From Mobula hypostoma (lineage: Eukaryota): a stretch of DNA of 64,000 nt. The position numbers and the translations under genes were made by a program. Position 1 is the stretch's first letter, and each line of letters starts with the position of its first letter. The stretch lies in the NCBI RefSeq assembly GCF_963921235.1, contig NC_086097.1, positions 246,638,001-246,702,000 on the forward strand, given 5' to 3'. Shown here in pieces: positions 12,840-26,163 of the stretch. Under the pieces are notes generated by a model. The model was given only the letters and a program-made list of their open reading frames with translations. It did no database searches and was not told the origin of the DNA.

Positions 12840-14020
12840 CAGAAAGGGAATTACACAGGCATGAAAGAGGATTGGAGGAGGCTACTGACTGGGATGATGG
12901 CAGAGCAGAGATGGCTCAAGTTTCTGGGTATAGTTCAAAAAGTGCAGGATAGATATACCCCACAGAAGAAGTTGTTCTCAAATCACAGGGCTAGGCAACT
13001 GTGGCTAACAAGGGAAGTTAAGGACTGCATAAAAGCCAAGGAAAGGGCATATAAGGTAGCAAAAGTGAGTGGGAAGTTGGAAAAGAGCTATGAGAAGGGA
13101 AAAAATGAAATACAAGGGCAGACTAGCCAATAATATAAAGCAGAACACAAAGTTTTTTTTCTGTTATATAAAGAGTAAAAGGGAAGTGAGAGTCAATATT
13201 GTACCACTGGAAAATGAAGCTGCTGGGGTGCCAGAGGTTTGTGAGTGTCAGGGAGCAGGAGTGAGTGCCATTGGTATTACAAAGGAAAAAGTGCTAGGCA
13301 AACTCAAAGGTCTTAAGGTGGGTAAGTAACCTGGGCCAAATGGTTTACATTCCAGAGTCCTGAGAGAGGTTGCTGAAGAGATAATGGATGCATTAGTCAT
13401 GATCTTTCAAGAATCACTTGACTCTGGAATGGTCCCAGAGGACTGGAAGATTGCAAATGTCACTTCACTCTTTAAGGACGCAGTAAGGCAAAAGAAAGGA
13501 AATTATAGGCCCGTTAGCCTAACCTCAGTGGTTGGGGAAGTGTTGGAATCTATTATTAAGGACAATGTTTCAGGTTACTTGGAGACTAATGATAAAATAA
13601 CTCAAAGTTAGCATGGTTTCCGTAAAGGGAAATCTTGCCTGACAAATCTGTTATTAGAGTTCTTCGAGGAAATAACAAGCAGGGTGGACAAATGAGAGGC
13701 AATGGGTGTCATTTCCTCAGATTTTCAGAAGGCCTTTGATAAGGTGCCACACATGAGGCTGCTTAACAAAAAGATACTGGCATGGATAGCAGAATGGCTG
13801 ACAGGCAGGAGGCAGCGAGTGGGAATAAAAAAAGGGCCTTTTCTGGTTGGCTGCTGGTGACTAGAGTGTTCCTCAGGGGTCGGTATTGGGACCGCCTCTT
13901 TTCACATTGTTTCTCAATGATTTAGATAATGGAATTGATAGCTTTGTGGCAACGTTTATGGATGATATGAAAATAGGTGGAGGGGTAGGTGGTGCTGAGG
14001 AAGCAGTGTGATTGCAGCAA
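12840..14020 (+). mobile_element. CR1 LINE internal fragment
   Basis: VPEDWKIANVTSLFK, NYRPVSLTSVVG and QKAFDKVPH motifs. Confidence 0.9.
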
Positions 14021-14359
14021 GACTGTATTGGTCAGATGGCAGTAGTAAGAAGAGAGCATGTCATGGCCGAGGGGGATCCTTAGTGATGGACACCTTCTTT
14101 TTGAGACATTGCCTTTTCCAAACACATTTCAAAACTGGGTGGCCTTCAGATGCAAACAGAAAATGGACCGGATCATATTTTATTGTGTGATAAACTAGCA
14201 TTATAGGAGAACCAATTTCAGTCAATCACTCTGTTTGATGGTCATCAGGAGTGGACCAGCTCGCAACATGGAAGCCAGCAATCTGAAATTGAGCAAGCTA
14301 TCTGTCTGAAAATGCTAATCAGGTTCAAACACAGCCTGAATGCCTTCTGATTGAAACAG

Positions 14360-15025
14360 ACTGAGGGATTTGGGAATGCAGATCAATAATTTTTAAAATG
14401 TGGCATCACAGGTAGATAGGGTCATAAAGAAAGCTTTTGGCACATTGGTCTTCATAAATCAATGTACTGAGTACAGGGGATGGGATGTTATGTTTAAGAT
14501 GTTGGTGAGGCCTACTTCGGAGCATTGTACTCAGTTCTGGTCACCTACATACAGGAAAGATGTAAATAAGATTGAAAGAGCACAGAGAAAGTTTACAAGG
14601 ATGTTGCCTGGACTTAAGATCCAGAGTTCTAGGGTAAGGCTGAATAGGTCAGGACTTTATTCTCTTGAGTGCAAGAGAATGAGAGGAGACTTGATGGAGA
14701 TATATAAAATTACAAGTGTATAGACAGAGTAAATGTAAGCAGGCATTTTCGACTGAGGTTGGGTGAGACCAGAACTAGAGGTCATGAGTTGAGGTGAAAG
14801 GTGAAATGTTTAAGGGGAACATAACGGGGAACTTTTTGACTCAGTGAGCTGTTAGCAGAAGTGGTGGATTGGGGTTTGATTTCAACATTCAACCAGAAAA
14901 GTTTGGATAAATACACGGATGGAAGGGCCATGTTCAGGCGTGGGTTGACTGGAGGACGCAGAATAACAGTTCTGCATGGACCAGAAGGGCCAAAGTGACT
15001 GTTTCTGGGCTGTAGTGCTCTATGA
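14360..15025 (+). mobile_element. CR1 LINE 3' fragment
   Basis: QVDRVIKKAFG, QFWSP and RMRGDL motifs. Confidence 0.88.
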
Positions 15026-17952
15026 CTCTCCTTATCTTCCTTACCCCTCACATTAGGTTAACGTGGAAAATTCCCATACTTTCAAACAATAGCCACTTTT
15101 AAACAGTCCTCTTTACACAGCCTTTTCTTATTTTCAGTCATTATCCCCGTTTGTAAGGTACTGCCAATGCAGTGGAAGCATTCCAATATCCCTGAACTTC
15201 CTACACGCAGATAACACGCCTGTTAATTATGTCTGAACTTCCTGCAGACAGGCAACGTGGGGCTGGAGAAGTAATCCGAACAGAAAAAGTAGGTCCAATG
15301 TTAATCCAGCTTAATTCAAGCACACAATTTAACAGGCTGTTGACTTGATTATCTCCCATTTTGCACAAATGCACTGATAAAACCTCGCACAATCTGCCAA
15401 AAGATACAAAGGCACAAAATAACTGAAGCACAGAATGTACCACTAGTTTATCCCATGACGTGATATAATCTAGTCCCCAGCAGAACCTTAGAAATCTATT
15501 GTCTTTTCATTCAAGATTTTGGCAACATTGTAAAATTATCTCCATTTCAATGTGCACCTTACTGCTTCTCAATTACATGACTTGTTGTTCATGCTGGGTT
15601 ACGTTGGGAAATGGCAGTATTTTCAATGCAGAATTGATCACTTTCAGCCCTCTGCAGTTTACACCGCTTCAAAGAAAACAAACATGTTATGCCACGCATG
15701 GCTGACTATCCCCCCTGCCTAGTCCAGAGGCATTGAAGGTGTATCTAATACATTACATAGCTGATTCTACTGAAGTCATGTTGTGATATGGAACTAATTA
15801 ATGGAGTTATTCACATGACCTTTGGCAAGTTACCTTTGGAGGCTGGGGTGACAGGATGTAGTTGGGCTGATGATGAGAGAGATACAAGTGCACCCTCTCT
15901 CATTCATTGAGAATAACCTGTATTTGTATGGAATGTTATAACATTCCACTCATTCAGTACATTCAGGAAACGTCCTTACTATTTGCTCTACATTGAACTT
16001 AGAACAGTACAGTACAGGAATAAGCTCTTTGGCCTATAATGTTATGCCAAACTAATGACATCTAATGACTTCTGCCTGAACTGTCCATATCCCTCCATTC
16101 CCTGTACATTCCTTCCTGTCCAAGAGCCTCTTAAACATCTCTTATATAACAGCCTTATATAAAAAGAAAGTTTGATAGGTTCTCAATTATTAAGGTCGTC
16201 AAATGGGAGAATGCAGGAGAACGGCGTTGAGAGGCATAATAAATCAGCCCCATGAATGGAATTTATTTATTTATTTATTTCGCGGTTCAGTGTAGAGTAG
16301 GTTCTTGCGGCCCGTCACGTCATGTCACCCCAGCAACCCCACAAGACTGTAAAATATAGGAGCAGAATTAGGCCCTTGGGTGCACGAGTCTGCTCCACCA
16401 TTTCATCATGGCTGATCCAATTTTCCCTCTCAGCCCCAGTATCCTGATTTCACCCATATCTCTTCTTGCCCTGACCAATCAAGAATCTATCAACAGCTAC
16501 CTTAACTATACACAGTGACTTGGACTCCACAGATGCCTGTGGCAACGAATTCCAGAGATTGACCACTCTCTGGCTAAAGAAATACCTCCTCATCTCTGAT
16601 CTAAAAGGATGCCCCTCAATTCTGAGGTTGTGTCCTCTGGTCTTAGACTGCCCCACCAGAGGAAGCATCATCTCCACATCCACTCTAACGAAGCTTCTCA
16701 ATATTTCATAGGTTTCAATGAGGTCACCCATCATTCTTCTGAATTCCAGTGAGTAGAGGCCCAGAGTCATCAAACATTCTTCATATGATAAGCCTTTCAA
16801 TCCTGGAATCATTTTTCTGAACCTCCTTTCAACACATCCTTTCTAAGATAAGGGGCACAAAACTGCACACAACACTCCAAGTGAGGCCTCACCAGTGCTT
16901 TATAAAGTCTCAGTATTACATCCTTGCTTTAACATTCTAGTCCTTGAAATGAATGCTAACATTGCAATTGTCTTCCTCACCACCGAATCAACCTACAAAT
17001 TAACCTTTAGAGAACCCTGCACGAAGACTCCCAAGTCCCTCAGGTTTTTGAATTTTCTCTCCATTTAGACAATAGTCTACCCTTTTATTTCTTCTACCAA
17101 AGTGAATGAACGACTATACACTTCCCAACACTGTATTCCATCTGCCATAGCTTTGCACATTCTCCTAATCAGTCTAATTCCTTCTGTAGCCTCTCTATTT
17201 CCTCAAAACTTCACATCATCTGCAAACTTTGCAACAAAGCCATCAACTCTATCAACCAAATCACTAACATATAATGTAAAAAGAATCAGGCCCAACACAG
17301 ACCCCCTGAGGAACAGCACTAGTCACTGGCAGCCAAACAGAAAAGGCTCCGTTTATTCCCACTTTATTGCCAATCAGCCACTGCTTCATCCATGCTAGAA
17401 CCTTTCCTGTAATACCATGGCCTCGTAGAAGCCTCATGTGTGGTACCTTGTCAAAGGTGTTCTGAAAATCCAAGTATACAACATCAACTGTCTATTCTGC
17501 GTATTATTTATTCACAGAATTCCAACAAATTTATCAGGCAAAATTTTCCTTTAAGGAAACCATGCTGACTACAGCCTATTTTAGCATGTGCTTCCAAGTA
17601 CCCTGAGACCTCATCCTTAATAATCGACTCCAACATCTTCCTAACCACTCAGGTCAGGTTAACTGGCCTATAATTTCCTTTCTTCTGTTTCTCTCCTTTT
17701 CTTGAAGAGCGGCGTGATATTTGCAATTTTCATTTCTCTAGAACCATGTCTGAATCAATTGATTCTTGAAATAACATTACTAACGTCTCCATAATTTCTT
17801 CAGCCAACCCTTGCAGAACCCTAGGATGGATAACATCTGGTCCAGGTGACTTATCCACCTTCAGACCTTTCAGTTTCCCAAGAACCTTCTCCCTAGTATT
17901 GTCAAATTCACACACTTCTGCCCCCTGACATTCTCAAACTTCCGGCATACTA

Positions 17953-18337
17953 CATTGAGAACATCTACCATAAACGCTGCCTGGGCAGGGCAAAAAGCAT
18001 TATCAAGGATGCATCTCACCCTAATCATGGACTTTTTACTCTCCTCCCATCCAGTAGGCTCTACAGGAGCCTCCGCTCCCGCACCAGCAGGTACAGGAAG
18101 AGCTTCTTCCCTGAGGCTGTGACCCTGCTGAACCTCACATCACAGCACTAAGCAGTATTGCACCCATATTGTACTGTCTCAATATGTGTGTGCTGTAGCA
18201 CTTACTTTTTATTCGCAGTTATTTTGTAAATAACACTATTCTTTGCATTCCTGGTTAGATGCTAACTGCATTTCATTGGCTTTGTATCTGTGCTCGGCAC
18301 AATGACAATAAAGTTGAATCTAATCTAATCTAATCTA
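17953..18337 (+). mobile_element. Rex1/Babar 3' end inserted in CR1
   Basis: IIKDASHPNHGLFTLLPS motif, AATAAA and (AATCT)n tail. Confidence 0.8.
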
Positions 18338-19336
18338 ATGTCTTCCACAGTGAAGACTGATGCAAAATAGTTATTCATCTCATGCACCATTTCCTTGTCC
18401 CACATTACTCCCCCTCCAGCATTATTTCCAGCAGTCTGATATCCACTCTCATCTCTCTCTTACATGTTATGTATCTGAAGAAACTTTTGGTATCCTCTTT
18501 AATATTACTGGTTAGCTTACTTTCCTATTCCATCTTTTCCTACTTATTTCGATAAATAGGTAGATAAACAGATAGATACTTTATTGATTACAAAGGAAAT
18601 TACAGTGTCACAGTAGCATTAGAGTATTGTTCAGAACTGTACAACAACCAGAGCAAAGGGGATCCAAGCCTAGGAATGTGCAGGAATCTTCCAGTGAGGA
18701 AGACTATCCAATCATGCATGAAGAAGTTGAAGTCGCAATATGATCACTGAAGTGCGGGAAGTCAGCAGGAGTTGACAACATCCCTGCTGAACTGCTGAAG
18801 CAAGGAGGAGAGGCCACGATAGACATGCTTACCACCATCTGCAATAAGATCTGGCAGACAGGTGAATGGCCGACACCTTGGACTCAGTCGCTGATCACTG
18901 CGCTTCCCAAGAAAGGCAATCTCCAACTTTGCCAGAATTACCGTACCATCAGTTTGATCAGCCATGTAAGCAAGGTAATGCTCAGAATCATCTTGAACAG
19001 ACTGAGACCTCAGGCAGAAGACATCATTGCCGAGGAACAAGCAGGCTTCCGTAAGGGCAGAAGCACCACTGAGCAGATTTTCAACCTCCGCACCCTCTGT
19101 GAGAAATACCTTCAGCATCAGAGAGAGTTCTACCGTATCTTCATAGACTTCAAAAAGGCATTTGACAGAGTCTGGCATGATGTCTTATGGGCCACCATGA
19201 AGAAATTCAACATGGGCTAGAAGCTGATTCATACAATCCAAACACAAGGAATTCTGCAGATGCTGGAAATTTAAGCAACACACATCAAAGTTGCTGGTGA
19301 ATGCAGCAGGCCAGGCAGCATTTCTAGGAAGAGGTA

Positions 19337-19374
19337 CAGTTGACGTTTCGGGCCAAGACCCTTCGTCAGGACTA
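19337..19374 (-). ncRNA. Minimal type I hammerhead ribozyme motif (Penelope-associated)
   Basis: TAGTC-CTGACGA-A-GGGTCTTGGCCC-GAAA-CG-TC-AACTG: intact CUGANGA and GAAA boxes, helix II GGGU/GCCC, GUC cleavage triplet. Confidence 0.75.
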
Positions 19375-19808
19375 ACTGAAGGAAGAGCTAGTAAGAGATT
19401 TGAAAGTGGCGGGGGGGAGGGGGAGATCCAAAATGATAGGAGAAGACAGGAGGGGGAAGGGATGGACCTAAGAGCTGGACAGGTGATTGGCAAAAGGGAT
19501 ATGAGAGGATCATGGGACAGGAAGCCCAGGGAGAAGGAAAAGGGGGAGGGGGGGGAAAGAACCCAGATGATGGGCAAGGGGTATAGTCAGAGGGACAGAG
19601 GGAGAAAAAGGAGAGACAGAGAAAGAATGTATGTATTTAAATAAATAGTGGATGGGATACGAGGGGGAGATGGGGGCATTAGCAGAAGTTAGAGAAGTCA
19701 ATGTTCATGCCATCAGGTTGGAGGCTACCCAGACGGAATATAAGGTGTTGTTCCTCCAACCTGAGTGTGGCTTCATCTTTGCAGTAGAGGAGGCCGTGGA
19801 TAGACATA

Positions 19809-20504
19809 GAAACATAGAAACATAGAAAATAGGTGCAGGAGTAGGCCATTCGGCCCTTCGAGCCTGCACCACCATTTATTATGATCATGGCTGATCATCC
19901 AACTCAGAACCCCGCCCCAGCCTTCCCTCCATACCCCCTGACCCCCGTAGCCACAAGGGCCATATCTAACTCCCTCTTAAATATAGCCAATGAACTGGCC
20001 TCAACTGTTTCCTGTGGCAGAGAATTCCACAGATTCACCACTCTCTGTGTGAAGAAGTTTTTCCTAATCTCGGTCCTAAAAGGCTTCCCCTCTATCCTCA
20101 AAAGGTGGCCCCTCATTCTGGACTTCCCCAACATCGGGAACAATCTTCCTGCATCTAGCCTGTCCAATCCCTTTAGGATTTTATACGTTTCAATCAGATC
20201 CCCCCTCAATCTTCGAAATTCCAACGAGTACAAGCCCAGTTCATCCAGTTTTTCTTCATATAAAAGTCCTGCCATCCCAGGAATCAATCTGGTGAACCTT
20301 CTTTGTACTCCCTCTATGGCAAAGATGTCTTTCCTCAGATTAGGGGACCAAAACTGCACATAATACTCCAGGTGTGGTCTCACCAAGGCCTTGTACAACT
20401 GCAGTAGTACCTCCCTGTTCCTGTACTCAAATCCTCTCGCTATAAATGCCAGCATACCATTCGCCTTTTTCACCGCCTGCTGTACCTGCATGCCCACTTT
20501 CAAT
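19809..20504 (-). mobile_element. Young 5'-truncated CR1 3' end nested in Penelope
   Basis: Uninterrupted ORF2 C-terminus and (TTTCTATG)n tail. TSD GACATA at 19803-19808 and 20505-20510. Confidence 0.95.
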
Positions 20505-23500
20505 GACATATCAGAATGGGAATGGGATGTGGAATTAAAATGTGTGGCCACTGGGAGATCCTGATTTCTCTGGCGGACAGAGCGTAGATGTTCAGCAAAA
20601 CGATCTCCCAGTCTGCGTCGGGTCTCACCAATATATAGAAGGCCACATCGGGAGCACCGGACGCAGTATATCACCCCAGCCGACTCACAGGTGAAGTGTC
20701 GCCTCACCTGGAAGGATTGTCTGGGGCCCTGAATGGTGGTAAGGGAGGAAGTGTAAGGGCATGTGTAGCACTTGTTCCGCTTACACGGATAAGTACCAGG
20801 AGGGAGATCAGTGGGGAGGGATGGAGGGGACGAATGGACAAGGGAGTCGCGTAGGGAACAATCCGTGCGGAAAGCAGCGGAGGGAGGGAAAGATGTGCTT
20901 AGTGGTGGGATCCCATTGGAGGTGGCGGAAGTTACCGAGAATACAATCCATCAGCTTTACACCAAGGCAACCAGTGCAGTACTCGCTCAGGGCACCATCG
21001 GGGAGTGGTTCCATACTTCTGCAGGAGTCCGTCAGGGCTGCCTCCTCTCCCCAACTCTCATCAACGTCTTCCTGGAATGAATCATGATTGTTTTCCTTGA
21101 AGATCATGTGGGCACAGTAGGCATCGGAGGGAGGAACATCACAAACCTAAGGTTTGCTGACGACATTGATGGACTTGCAGGAAAAGAGGATGAACTGGCC
21201 AACATGGTCAGCCATCTTGACAGAGCCTCCACAAAGTTTGGAATGGAAATAACTGCCGAGAAAACCAAGCTCAAGGCAAATGTCAACGGTGCCATCACAA
21301 CAGACATCTCAGTCCATGGTCAGAAACTTGAGACAGTGCAGCAGTTCAAGTACCTGGGGGCAATCATCAGTGATGAAGGATCAAGACCAGAAGTCCTGGC
21401 AAGAACCGCACAGACAATGACTGCACTATCCAAACTCAAGACAATATGGAGGGACAGCAACATCACCATGAAGTACAAGATCAGACTCCTGCGTGCGTTG
21501 GTATTCTCCATCTTCCTGTACGCATGTGAGACATGGATCCTTACAGCAGAGCTACAGAGGAAGATACGGGCATTGGAAATGAGATGCTATCGCAACATCT
21601 TGAACATCTCATACTTGGACCACACACTAATGAGCAGGTCCGCAAGACCATCCAGCACCACAGTGGCCCCCATGAAGACCTTCTCACAATGGTGAAGAAA
21701 AGAAAGCTGAGATGGTACGGCCACGTAACAAGATCCAGTGGCCTTGCAAAGATCGTTCTACAAGGAACTGTGGAGGGGAAAAGAAGGAGAGGTAGACAGA
21801 GGAAAAGGTGGATGGACAACATTAAAGAATGGACAGGGAAAACATTTGTGGTGACCCAGGCTCTGGCACACAACCACGACAGATGGAACAGACTGGTGCA
21901 AAGCTTGTCATGATGGCACCCTGATGACTCCACCAGGAGTTTAGGGCGCAAGGCAAGGCAAGGCAAGTAGCATTACAAGTGGACAGATCTACAAATATTA
22001 GAAGAGAAGTAAGAAAGAATAAAAGAATAAGTTACCCTAAAAATAAGACGTACAAGATTTTCAAGTCAAAGACTGCAAGATTTACAAGATTTCTGGGTTC
22101 ACACTGATAAGATGGTACTGCAAGAATTACCACAATATTATACAGTAAGGGTGAACATTCACATTGTGCAGATAAGAAGTGATGGTAGTATGGCACAGTA
22201 TTGCACAGGGTGTCCGCGATAGCAGGGTGTGGTAAATAGAGCTTAAACAGAGCTCAGGTAAACAAAAATTAATAACAGTCTAACAGGTGGGAGGGGGGGT
22301 CATCACTTCCCTGGCTATAAGTTGACTCATTATAGAAACTAATAGCCGAGGTAAGAACGACATCATATAGCGCTCTTTAGAGCAACGTGTTATCTTAATC
22401 TATTACTGAAAGTGCTCCTCTGTTCAGCAAGGTGGCATGCGGAGGGTGAGAAACATTGTCCAGAATTGTCAGGATTTTCCAGGGGGCCTTTGTTCTACAT
22501 AATCTCTATTGGGTCCAGTTTGACTCTTATAACAGAGCCAGTCTTTCATATCAGTTTATTGAGCGTGCTGGCGCCACCTTTCTTGATGCCATTGCCCCAA
22601 CACGCCACCAGATTGAAGACTGTATTGGCGACAACAGTCTAGTAGAACATGTGAAGAAGAGGCCTGCATACTCCAGACAATCTCAGTCTCCTCGGGAATT
22701 AGAGGCAATTCTGGCCCTTCCTGAACACAGCCTTTGGTTTAAAAAAAACTTCCTACCTATTTTGCTCTATTATATGCACTCTCTTTGGCTTTTATATTAG
22801 CTTTGAATTCTCTTGTTAGCCACAGTTGTGTCATCTTGCCTCTTAGAATACTTCTTCCTCTTAGGATATATATATCCTGTGCCTTCCAAATCGCTTCCAG
22901 AAATTCCAGCCATTGCTGCTCTGTCGTCATCCCTGCCAGTGTTCTTTTCCAATCAAATCTGGACAACTCCTCTCTCATGCCTCTGTATTTCCCTTTACTC
23001 CAGTGACTTTAGCTTCTCCTTCTCAAATCTCAGGGGGAATTTAATCATATTATTATCACTTTCCCCTAAGGTTTCTTTTACTTTAAGCTCTCTGATCAAT
23101 TCTGGTTCACTGCACAACTCTCAATGCAAAATAGCTGACCCCCTAGTGGGCTCAACCACAAACTGCTCTAAAAAGCCATCTCATAGGTATTCTAGAAAAT
23201 CTCCCTCTTGGGATCCAGCACCAATCTGATTTTCCCAAACTCCCTGAATATTGAAATCCCCCATGACTATTGTAACATTGTACTTTTGACATGCATTTTC
23301 TATCTCCTGTTGTAATTTATAGACCACATCTTTACTACTATTTGGGAATCTGTATATAATTCCCAAAAGGGTCTTTATACTCTTGCTGTTCCCTAGCATT
23401 ACCCATAATGATTCAACACATTCTGACCCTATGTCACCTCTTTCTAATGATTTGATTTCATTTTTTACCAATAGAGCCATGTCACCCCCTCTGCCTTCCT

Positions 23501-24039
23501 GCCTGTCCTTTCGATCCAATGTATGTCCTTGGTTGTTAAGCTCCCAACTATAATCTTCTTTCAGCCACGATTCAGTGACGCCAATCTGTAAATGTGATAA
23601 GTTTGTCTACCTTATTCTGTATACTGTGCACCTTCAGTCCTGTGTTCACCCTTTCCAATTTTGTCTGCCTCGTACATTGCAACTCATCCAATTGACTGTA
23701 ATTTTGCCCTATCAACAGCTTCTCTAATTAACCCTAACCTATTCACGGGATAATTTACAAAGATTAATCTACCCGGTACATCCGTGGATTGTGGAAAGAA
23801 ACCAGAGAACACAGGGAAAGCCCATTCATTCCATACGGAAAATGTACAGAAACTCTGTACAGAAGGGCACCAGAATGAACTCTGAACTCTGGAACACCCC
23901 ACGCTGTAATAACGTTGCGCTAACAGCTATGTTACCATGGTGCCCATGGAATGTAGAATACAAGGCAGCCTGTGGAATGGCAGATCAGACTCAAAGGGCC
24001 AAATGGCCTAATTCTGCTCCTTTGTCTTATGGTATCTGC

Positions 24040-24545
24040 CTCCAGAACACCCCCTGACAGCATATTCCAGGCACCCACCACTCTCTGCAAAAACAAGCCT
24101 GTTCCACATATCTCCTCTGAACTTACTCCTTCTCAGCTTAAATGCCCGCGAGTATTAAACAATTCAGTTCTGGAAAAAAGATGAATGCTGTTTATTTTGT
24201 CTGCCATAACTGTATAAACTTCTATCAGATCTTCCATCAGTTTCCCAAGCTCCAGAGAAAACAGCCCAAGTTTGTCCAAAGGAAGTCTCATTATAGCACA
24301 CGCCCTCTAATCCAGGTAGCATCCTGGTAAACCCCTTCTGCACCCTCTCTATAGCTCCCACATCCTTCCTATAGTGGGGCAATGAGAAATGAATGCAATA
24401 CTCCAGATGCAGCCTAACCAGAGTTTTATAAAGCTATAAAGTAACTTCTTGGCTCTTGAATTCAGTGTCTTGATGAATTAAGGGAAGCCTGCCATATGTC
24501 TTATCAAATTGCATGGCCACTTTCAGGAAACTATGACGTGGATCC
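24040..24545 (-). mobile_element. CR1 3' fragment
   Basis: PHYRKDVGAIERVQKGFTRMLPGL motif. Confidence 0.85.
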
Positions 24546-24749
24546 CAAGATCAAGTTCAAGATTGTTTAATGTCATTTCCAGTACACAAGTGTAAAGGAG
24601 AACAAACTCCCGATCCAATGCAGCACAAAAACAAAGTAAGATAAATACACAATAATAATAAAAGCACAATAAATATAAATACATATGATAGCTCACATAC
24701 ATACTGTAGATTGATTGTATGTCCATAAACTGACACTAGGTACAGGAAT

Positions 24750-24929
24750 ACGAGGAAATCTGCAAATGCTGGAGATTCAAGCAACACACACAAAATGCTG
24801 GTGGAACGCAGCAGGCCAGACAGCATCCATAGGAAGAAGCACAGTCGACGTTTCGGGCCAAGACCCTTCGTCAGGGTACTATGGATGCTGTCTGGCCTGC
24901 TGCGTTCCACCAGCATTTTATGTGTGTTG
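24750..24929 (-). mobile_element. Penelope terminal fragment with inverted arms and hammerhead core
   Basis: 14-bp TSD CTAGGTACAGGAAT at 24736-24749 and 24930-24943. CTGACGA..GAAACGTCGACTG on the minus strand at 24842-24874. Confidence 0.85.
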
Positions 24930-25219
24930 CTAGGTACAGGAATCAGAATCAGACTCAGGTTTATTATCACTGGCATGTGACGTGAAATTTGTTAACTTAG
25001 CAGCAGCCGTTCAATGCAACACATAATATAGAAGAAAAAATAAATGAATAAATAAATAAATCTTATTCTGTATACTTTTATACAGTATATGCATATTGAA
25101 TAGATTAAAAATCATGCAAAAAAACAGAAATACCATATATTAAAAAAAAAGTGAGGTAGTGTCCAAGACTTCAAGGGTTCAAAGTCCATCCAGGAATCAG
25201 ATGGCAGTGTCTGTACATT

Positions 25220-25435
25220 CCCACCACTGCCTGCAAGGAGTTTCTATGTTCTCCCCGAGAACATGTGGGTTTCCTCTGGGTGCTCCGTTTCCTCCCACTG
25301 TCCAAAGACATATGAGTTGGTAGGTTAACTGGTCATTGCAAATTGTGCTGTGATTAGGCTAGGATTAAATCAGAGGCTGCTGGGTGGTGTAGCTCGAAGG
25401 GTCAGAGGGCCTGTTCTGTACTGTATCTCAGTGAA
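25220..25435 (+). mobile_element. V-SINE (head truncated)
   Basis: ggagtttctatgttctcccc..gtgggtttcctctgggtgctccgtttcctcccactgtccaaagac V-domain. Confidence 0.8.
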
Positions 25436-25943
25436 TGAAAATAATAAGGAGACTCTAACAGATAGTGGTAGAGAGGAGGGGCAGGTTAGTGGGTGGAGGT
25501 GTTGATCAGCTTTAGTGCTTGTGAAAGTAATTGCTTTTGAGCTTGGCAGTCCGGGTGTGGATTCTACATACCCTCCTCCTTGTTGGGAATGTGAGGATCC
25601 CTTGTTACAACGACACTGTTAAGGGTCCCTCTATTAACTGTGTACTTTACATTTGATTTCCCAAAGTGCAAAAGCTCACACCTGCATGGAATAAACTACA
25701 TCTGCTATTTCTCCACCTACATCTGCAAATGATCTATATCCCATAAATGTCAACTAACTCCATGGCTGATTTATTATACCTCTCAACCCCAGTTTACTGC
25801 CTTTTCCCCATAAACTTTGACACCCTTACTAATCAAGAACCCATCAAATTCCGCTTTAAATGTACCCAATGACTTGGCCTCCACAGCCATCCGTGGCAAT
25901 GAATTCCACAGATTCACCACCCACTGGCTAAAGAAATTCCTCC

Positions 25944-26163
25944 AAAAATCTGGAGGAACTAAGCAGGTTAGGCAGCATCTATGGAAATGAATAAACAATC
26001 AACATTCCATGCTAAGACCCTTTTCATCAGGATTTGGCCAAGGGTCTTGGCCAAAAATGTAGATTGATTATTAATTTCTATAGATGCTGCCTGACCTGCT
26101 GAGTTCCTCTGGTATTTTGTTTGTGTTGCTCTGGATTTCCAGCACCTGCAGAATACCTAGTCT
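25944..26163. mobile_element. Inverted Penelope terminal dimer inserted in a CR1 3' fragment
   Basis: 15-bp TSD TAAAGAAATTCCTCC at 25929-25943 and 26164-26178. Two opposed, degenerate hammerhead-bearing arms. Confidence 0.8.

Larger units (their letters stand above)
19241..20940 (-). mobile_element. Penelope-like element 3' part (GIY-YIG endonuclease and terminal repeat) nested in RTE
   Basis: GVIYCVRCSRCGLLYIGETRRRLGDRFAEH and RLEEQHLIFRLGSLQPDGMN motifs. Exact TSD ATACAATCCA at 19231-19240 and 20941-20950. Confidence 0.93.
18622..21965 (+). mobile_element. RTE-clade LINE, 5'-truncated, lightly decayed
   Basis: CQNYRTISLISHVSKVML, EEQAGFRKGRST, FIDFKKAFDRV, GVRQGCLLSP, NLRFADDI, RKLRWYGHV motifs; (AAGGC)n tail. 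Exact TSD AGTAGCATTA at 18612-18621 and 21966-21975. Confidence 0.95.
18550..22740 (-). mobile_element. Rex1 LINE 3' portion, split by an RTE insertion
   Basis: Minus strand of 22400-22735 gives decayed RKGQ..RRLR..VCRPLLHMFY..VVA..CWGNGI..LNKL..ILDNVSHP. Tail with AATAAA near 18580. Confidence 0.75.
16342..23722 (-). mobile_element. Long decayed CR1 LINE (APE endonuclease to 3' UTR), interrupted at about 17953-18337 and 18550-22740
   Basis: DRQEGRGGDMALLVK and IVMGDFN (APE), KVDKSPGPD, DFQNTFDKVPH and SQRVVNLWNSLP motifs in the expected order. Confidence 0.9.
16261..23945 (-). mobile_element. V-SINE split by a nested insertion stack (3' part 16261-16341, 5' part about 23725-23945)
   Basis: The two halves join into one sequence colinear with the V-SINE at 25220-25435, ending in an (AAAT)n tail. 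Confidence 0.75.
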
